NCBI GenBank assembly: GCA_964606485.1
Contig: CAZSGP010000003.1
Location: forward strand, 66,481-130,480
Direction of reading: 5' to 3'
Source of the DNA: an uncultured Planctomycetia bacterium
GTDB lineage: Bacteria; Omnitrophota; Gorgyraeia; 2-02-FULL-51-18
DNA: 64,000 nucleotides
A program made the translations under genes and the position numbers. The notes under the pieces are model-generated. The model did no database searches, had not been told where the DNA came from, and was given only the letters and a program-made list of their open reading frames with translations. This document shows positions 16,101 to 21,523 of this stretch, piece by piece (within the stretch, counting starts at the first letter, position 1; each line of letters starts with the position of its first letter).

Positions 16101-18974
16101 CGGACAAATTCAGTAGAAGTGAAACCTGATCGCGCATCACAAGTTTCCATCACCCCAAAAACACAACAAGAGTTTGTGGATCAGCTAAAAGCCAGTGTGA
16201 TGAGCGACCCTAGGCTGGGCGAGGTGGAGGATGAACCCACGATTAGCGTTTCTAATGGGGTTGTGACCGTTCAAAAAGAAGTGGCGGGTAACTTCGATGA
16301 GATTCTCGATAGGCAAATGAAAGTGGCTTATGACGAGGGGGGAATTGTCACAGAAGTTGAGGTTGAGGACGTAAATTTATTTAATCCAAGGGATTGGACT
16401 GAGGGCAATGTTATTGATGTTGGTTTCCTTGCCGAGGGTCAGTGTTTGGTTGTAGTGGTTAAAGATGAGTCGCTCAGGTATTTCATGGATGAATTTCAGG
16501 ACGATATTACAGCGATAGCGAATTTAGGATTCAACTACGAAATAATCTCTCTTTCAGAAGCCATTCGAAGATGCGAAGAGCTTGGCTCAATTTTCAAGTT
16601 TACCGATATTACGAATTCAGACGACACAAAACCTAAGTCTGGGGTCGGCAAAGAATTAAGTAATGTGTCCCTGGAATCTGCAGTAAATTCCGTGCCTACG
16701 GTTTTCCGGCGACCAAATAATGTAGAGCTTGAGAGCGCGCAAGAAGCAGTTAGATTACTCAAAGCGCTAATCCAGTCAGGCACTTTTATTCGCATTGCGT
16801 ATCGATTTATGGATGGAGATGAAGATGTTTCCCGTAGCGTGATCAAGGTGAAAAATGACCAGGACAAATGGCTGCTGGTTCAATACAAGCCGGACCAGGA
16901 TCGCGACGGCTGGCAGCTATTTGATTTGGAAAAAATTTATCAAGACGGCGGATTTATGTACTGGAGCGCAACTTCGCAAGGATTGATCATTTCCAATACA
17001 AGAGACTATTTAGACGACTACCAAAACATAGTCCCTAGAGTATCGTCAGAAATTGCATTGGCTGATTATAAAGGTCTGCGTGCTAACTCAGGGGACACGA
17101 AACCTAATTCTGCAAAAGGCACGGGCGAATTAAGTAAGGTGTTCCCGGGTTCTACTGAGAAGGCGCGGGAATGGCTTGATAAAATTGATACTTGGTTGGT
17201 GCAGACTGAGAACTCAGATCAGATCGATCAATCGATTCGATATGTGGTGGAAGAAGATTCGATTATTAGTATGGGGTTCGGACTGGGTTTTAATGCAGGA
17301 ATGACAATGCCTCGAGTGTTCTCCATAGCCGTCAATTTTGAAAAGGTGAATTGGGAGCAATTATTTAGCGCGATCGAAGACCATGTTTTAGATGAGTATG
17401 GAGACAAAGCAGCTTTTAATTGGCGGAAATTTGTAGAAGAGCTGAAGTCATCCACCGGCGCACGGCTTTCCGAGGAAGAAGAAAAGGTTCGAAAAATTAA
17501 TTTAGCCGGCCAAGCCCCGCGGACAATGGGCCTCAAAAACTTTGCTAGCCTCATGATTTTACCGCTCTATCATGCGGAGCTTGCTCCAGAAGGCGAGATT
17601 ACGGGAGACAAAATTCATAAGGCATATGCGCGGGATTTTGCCTACGAAACTATTTATGACCGGTGGAAGGGCTCGGAGCTGATGCACGGCAATGACGATT
17701 ACAATCGAGCGCTTCCCAGCAAAGAAGAAAAAAGAAAAATGCTGTCTTATTATCTTTTTGGGAAATTTATCATCGGAGAAAAAGGTCTGGAGGCCGCTCT
17801 AAACTACAGAGACCGCGAGAGTGAAATCGAATACAGTGCCATGGTTGCTCCTAAAATTTTCAAGGCGATTGCCGATCTTACGCAGGATCGAGCGGGGAGC
17901 TTTACGATAAATGATGTTCGCAAACGACTTGTCGCTCAAAAAGAAGACGGGGAGCATTTCGAGTTGTACTTAACCCTGATTGACCGGGCAGTGGATATTG
18001 CGGAAAACCGGTTTGAGGAAAACGGTGCGCGGTTGGCTCAGGTCTATGTTCGATTCGCGGCGAGCGTGTATCAAGCACAGAAAAAAGACGGTGAGATCGC
18101 GGTGGGACAACACCGCTTTGAAATTCAGTTTAACGCTAAAAGTGGAGAGCTTCTTCTTATTGATAAGCGTTCCGGAAATTTTGAAAAAATTCCAATGAGA
18201 AATCCGGCGCTGTGGAATCCAAAATCAGGCGAGTTTCAAGTAGAGGCGTCGTTAGCGGATCTTCAGATAGCGCTGCATGCGGCTCAACGCGGAAATCGAT
18301 TTGTGATGGAGAGTTTACCGGCCGAAATATTAAATTCTTCTACAAAGACCTTGATTGAGCTCGGGGTGGATCATTTGCTGGCGGACCCTTCTCAGAGACC
18401 GCTTCTTGCGGCGGCGCTTAAAAGAATTTCCGATTCGCCACTCGCTAAAAATTCTAAAATTGTTTTAAAGTCTATCGGTAATGATATTCGGGTGAGTGAG
18501 CTTCTGGAAAATATCCCCAATAAAGACAAATGGATTGTTGGCTCGTACGAGGAGCTCGATCCGGAATATCGTTTGAACGCGCAGAGAGTCCAGGTGGGAG
18601 AGCTGGGTTGTAACGATGGGTTGCTTATTAAAAACGTCCGCTTTTTGCCGACCCAAAAAGCAACAAGCGGCGATATTTTTAATTACGAAGGTGTCCTTCA
18701 GGCAGCCCTTTTAGAAGGAAAAATTTCATCAGATGTTTTAAAAAATGCGACCCATTCGGAGTCCCAAGCCCTTATTCACGCATTTGAAGAGCTGCTTGGA
18801 CGAACGATTCCTCTCGAGCAATACGGCGCGTTTATCCAGGTGATTACGGGCGTTGAAAAAGTCGATCCCAAAGCGGCACTGGCTTTCACTGTGGCTGCGG
18901 CGTTTCATTTGAAGATCCAACAGAGAGTGGCCGGCGCGCGTCTAGCGCGTTTGATGGCCGAGCGGGCCGCTTAA
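1008..18974 (+). CDS. giant multidomain protein (5,988 aa): signal peptide, three paralogous modules, embedded ClpB/ClpC-like double AAA+ ATPase, HEAT-like repeat array; overall function unknown
   Basis: A single uninterrupted ORF of 17,967 nt. An open frame this long cannot arise by chance, and internal conserved domains confirm the frame throughout. Confidence 0.9.
   Translation: [5988 protein letters not shown]
1240..2400 (+). other. possible TraB/GumN/Tiki-superfamily-like region of the giant protein
   Basis: [13 protein letters not shown] near the start and [26 protein letters not shown] near the end resemble the GTxH...GxxHL...G(Y/F)xV motif pair of the TraB/GumN family, separated by ~360 aa. 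This is a motif-level match only. Confidence 0.25.
2770..8000 (+). repeat. three tandem paralogous protein modules (A1 ~2770-4450, A2 ~4450-6340, A3 ~6340-7870) inside the giant ORF
   Basis: Each module holds ...QLY(V/W/L)(F/Y)L...ERYG(L/I)...DYY(L/A)(R/E)Y...[14 protein letters not shown] at 3079-3110, [13 protein letters not shown] at 4760-4790 and [14 protein letters not shown] at 6681-6712, and further on KYYA...DYxNIWSE...EPN. DNA identity is only local: 20 nt are identical at 3085 and 6687. Confidence 0.6.
7870..8430 (+). repeat. module B, copy 1 (GLKNFA...DDYN...SYYIFG...LIDRAVQIA...FEEGARL)
   Basis: Paralogous to 17525-18040, where the same ordered motif string reads [10 protein letters not shown]...DDYN...SYYLFG...LIDRAVDIA...FEENGARL. 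Confidence 0.55.
9000..10950 (+). other. embedded Hsp100 (ClpB/ClpC-type) tandem AAA+ ATPase unit within the giant protein (aa ~2665-3315)
   Basis: D1 reads [11 protein letters not shown]...[10 protein letters not shown] (Walker A, 9183-9212)...IIFIDEFHV (Walker B)...IGATT...DRF. The short coiled-coil linker is followed by D2, [48 protein letters not shown] (10192-10221)...[17 protein letters not shown]...[46 protein letters not shown]...GARPLNRAI, which is about 70% identical to ClpB D2 by eye. Confidence 0.85.
14979..15935 (+). repeat. 9 tandem HEAT/PBS-lyase-like repeats (37-40 aa each; LESKL-D--W-VRQAAA-ALGPIYQ-L-TQGK-SLET)
   Basis: Tandem 111-120-nt coding repeats. The block 15020-15192 recurs almost exactly at 15461-15633, an offset of 441 nt spanning four units. 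Confidence 0.7.
17525..18040 (+). repeat. module B, copy 2
   Basis: See the first module B copy at 7870-8430. Confidence 0.55.
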
Positions 18975-20287
18975 TTTAGAAGATTTAGTCGTAGGAGATT
19001 CAGCGCTTCCTGTGCGGAGCGGAATTTCACAAGTCCGCGCTCACCCAAGAAACGAAATTCTTTGACGAGAGTTTTCTTTGGAGCGGAAAGCGCTACAAAA
19101 ACAAGACCCACCGGTTTTTTAGCGGTTCCACCGCTAGGTCCAGCCACACCGGTAATGCCAATTCCATAAGTAGAGTTAAATTTTTTACGAACGCCTTCGG
19201 CCATTTGCGCGGCAACGGGTGAGCTCACCGCACCCAATTTTTCTAGCACCTTTGGATCCACATTTAGCTCGCTTGTCTTTACACGGTTGGCGTAGGCAAT
19301 CAAACCGCCTAGAAAATAATCCGAGCTGCCCGACGCTTCAGTGAGGAGATGCCCGAGCAAGCCGCCCGTACATGACTCTGCCACGGCGAGAGTCGATTTA
19401 TTTTTCCGTAGTAAATTTCCAACGGCCTCCGAAAGAGTTTCTTCGTCGGTCCCGTAAATAAAATTTCCTAAGCGCTTACGAATAATTTTTTCTATTTTCC
19501 CGCACTCGGCTTGCGCCTGAGACTTGGAAGGCGACTTAGACATAATCTTGAGCTCTGTTTCGCCGGGCTTTGCATAAATGCCGACCGTCACCGGCGGTTT
19601 TAATTTTAAAAGATCCCCAACTTTTTCAGCAACTTGGTGTTCGAGGAATCCGACGATTTTAATGGAACGAATCATAAAGTGATCGCGTTGGTAGCCGGAT
19701 TTCTTTTGAAGAAGGGATAGCGCTTGCTTTGAAAACATAGGCTTGAGTTCGCGCGGAGGACCGGGGAGCACCATTACCCAGACGTCATTGCGAGCCAGTT
19801 TTTCGGGCGAAGCAATCTCGCTTAAAGAGCTAGATTGCTTCGTCGCTGCAGCTCCTCGCAATGACAGACGAGCCAGATAGCCTGAAGCCGTTCCGAAATC
19901 GTTTATAAAGACCTGCGCGCCTCGCGGAATGTAGCACTGCTTTGCGACAATCGGCGTCATTCGCAATTTTCTTTTCTTCAAGCGCTGAAGAATATATTTA
20001 TAAGTCGGCTTGTGAAGAACGAGCGGCTCGTTTAAAAATTTTGCAACTGCCTCGCTCGTGACATCGTCTTCAGTGGGGCCGAGGCCGCCGGTGGTGATGA
20101 TGAGATCTGAGCGCGTTGCAGCAAGTGTTAAATCTTCGACAATTCGACCGACATTGTCACCCACAGTGGACTGATGGTAGACGTCGATGCCGTTCTGAGC
20201 GAGTTCTTGACAGAGAAATTGGGCGTTGCTGTTTAAAATGGACCCAACCAGCAATTCGGTGCCAATGGAAAGTATTTCAGCCTTCAT
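18971..20287 (-). CDS. cinA: competence/damage-inducible protein CinA (nicotinamide-nucleotide amidohydrolase family)
   Basis: MKAEILSIGTELLVGSILNSNAQFLCQEL...TTGGLGPTEDDVT at the N-terminus, with a CinA C-terminal domain. Its 3' end overlaps the stop region of the giant ORF in convergent orientation. Confidence 0.85.
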   Translation of the reverse strand: MKAEILSIGTELLVGSILNSNAQFLCQELAQNGIDVYHQSTVGDNVGRIVEDLTLAATRSDLIITTGGLGPTEDDVTSEAVAKFLNEPLVLHKPTYKYILQRLKKRKLRMTPIVAKQCYIPRGAQVFINDFGTASGYLARLSLRGAAATKQSSSLSEIASPEKLARNDVWVMVLPGPPRELKPMFSKQALSLLQKKSGYQRDHFMIRSIKIVGFLEHQVAEKVGDLLKLKPPVTVGIYAKPGETELKIMSKSPSKSQAQAECGKIEKIIRKRLGNFIYGTDEETLSEAVGNLLRKNKSTLAVAESCTGGLLGHLLTEASGSSDYFLGGLIAYANRVKTSELNVDPKVLEKLGAVSSPVAAQMAEGVRKKFNSTYGIGITGVAGPSGGTAKKPVGLVFVALSAPKKTLVKEFRFLGERGLVKFRSAQEALNLLRLNLLN

Positions 20288-20361
20288 CTTAAGCCTTTTT
20301 GTTTCAGTGTGTTAGGAAGCAACAAAAAATATATTTGGAAAATTTGAGCCCCTTCGTCGTC

Positions 20362-20390
20362 TTGTGTAGTAGGAGACCAGGTGTTATAAT
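20362..20390 (+). promoter_or_regulatory. putative recA promoter with extended -10 (TTGTGT -35, 17 nt, TGtTATAAT)
   Basis: TTGTGT at 20362-20367, TGT at 20382-20384 and TATAAT at 20385-20390, about 45 nt upstream of the recA ATG. Confidence 0.4.
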
Positions 20391-20434
20391 GCGGGTTCCT
20401 TTAGATAATTTCAACACAAAACCGGGAGAGTCAA

Positions 20435-21514
20435 ATGGCGTTTCAGACCAAACAGCAAAAAGCACAGAATAAACCCGAAGCAAAGAGCACCGAAAAGGCT
20501 CCGCTACCCTCGGGAGATAAGAATAAAGATACCGCCGAAAAAAATAAGGCTATTTCCGCGGCTGTTTCTCAAATTGAGAAACAATTCGGAAAAGGTTCGA
20601 TCATGACGCTCGGACAAAACGTCAAAGTCGACGTGGCTGTGATTCCTACCGGAACCATCGGTTTGGACATGGCGCTCGGAGTTGGCGGCGTTCCCAAAGG
20701 CCGTGTGATTGAAATTTTTGGACCGGAGTCGAGCGGAAAAACGACATTAACCCTAAGCATTATCGCACAGTGCCAAAAACTCAAGGGCACCGCAGCGTTT
20801 ATTGACGCAGAACATGCGTTTGATTCCGCCTACGCCAAGAAATTAGGCGTGAATCTCGATGATCTTCTCATTTCTCAGCCGGACACCGGCGAGCAAGCGT
20901 TGGAGATCGCCGAAATGTTGGTCCGTTCGAATGCCATCGACCTCATCGTCGTTGACTCCGTGGCGGCACTTGTTCCCAAAGCGGAAATCGAAGGGGAGAT
21001 GGGTCAGTCGCATGTCGGATTGCAGGCTCGCTTGATGAGCCAAGCGCTTCGTAAACTAACCGCGGCTATTTCCCGTTCAAGAGCCTGTATGATTTTTATC
21101 AATCAGCTCCGCGAAAAAGTCGGAATCATGTTCGGAAACCCCGAAACGACTCCCGGTGGACGCGCGCTTAAGTTTTATTCGTCAGTTCGCTTAGACATTC
21201 GTCGCATTGCGCAAATCAAGCGCGGTGAAGAAATTGTCGGTGGTCGTGTTCGCGTCAAAGTCGTCAAAAACAAAGTGGCCGCACCGTTTAAACAGGCGGA
21301 ATTTGACTTGATGTATGATGAGGGTGTTTCGGCGATCGGAAGCGTGCTCGATGTGGCTGAGACGCTTGAGATCACGAAACAGAGCGGCTCGTGGATTCTT
21401 TACAACGACGAAAAGCTTGGCCAAGGCCGCGAGAACGCAAAGAACTTTTTGCGTGAGAATCCAAAGATTCTGCACGAACTCGAAAAGCGCATCAAAGAGA
21501 AATCTCTGGTCTAA
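20435..21514 (+). CDS. recA: recombinase RecA
   Basis: [15 protein letters not shown]...[32 protein letters not shown]. It carries a ~30-aa K/E-rich N-terminal extension. Confidence 0.95.
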   Translation: MAFQTKQQKAQNKPEAKSTEKAPLPSGDKNKDTAEKNKAISAAVSQIEKQFGKGSIMTLGQNVKVDVAVIPTGTIGLDMALGVGGVPKGRVIEIFGPESSGKTTLTLSIIAQCQKLKGTAAFIDAEHAFDSAYAKKLGVNLDDLLISQPDTGEQALEIAEMLVRSNAIDLIVVDSVAALVPKAEIEGEMGQSHVGLQARLMSQALRKLTAAISRSRACMIFINQLREKVGIMFGNPETTPGGRALKFYSSVRLDIRRIAQIKRGEEIVGGRVRVKVVKNKVAAPFKQAEFDLMYDEGVSAIGSVLDVAETLEITKQSGSWILYNDEKLGQGRENAKNFLRENPKILHELEKRIKEKSLV

Positions 21515-21523
21515 ATTTTAAGA

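Noticed and set aside
893-18974. The possibility that the giant gene lies on a genomic island or mobile element.
   Set aside because: No integrase, transposase, flanking tRNA or direct repeats sit at the boundaries. A tRNA-Pro exists at 45384 but is unrelated. The neighbours are housekeeping lipid and repair genes.
20288-20434. A search for a LexA/SOS box upstream of recA.
   Set aside because: I found no match to the gammaproteobacterial CTGT-N8-ACAG motif or to the Cheo-box GAAC-N4-GTTC motif. Absence may reflect a lineage-specific operator, so no feature is claimed.
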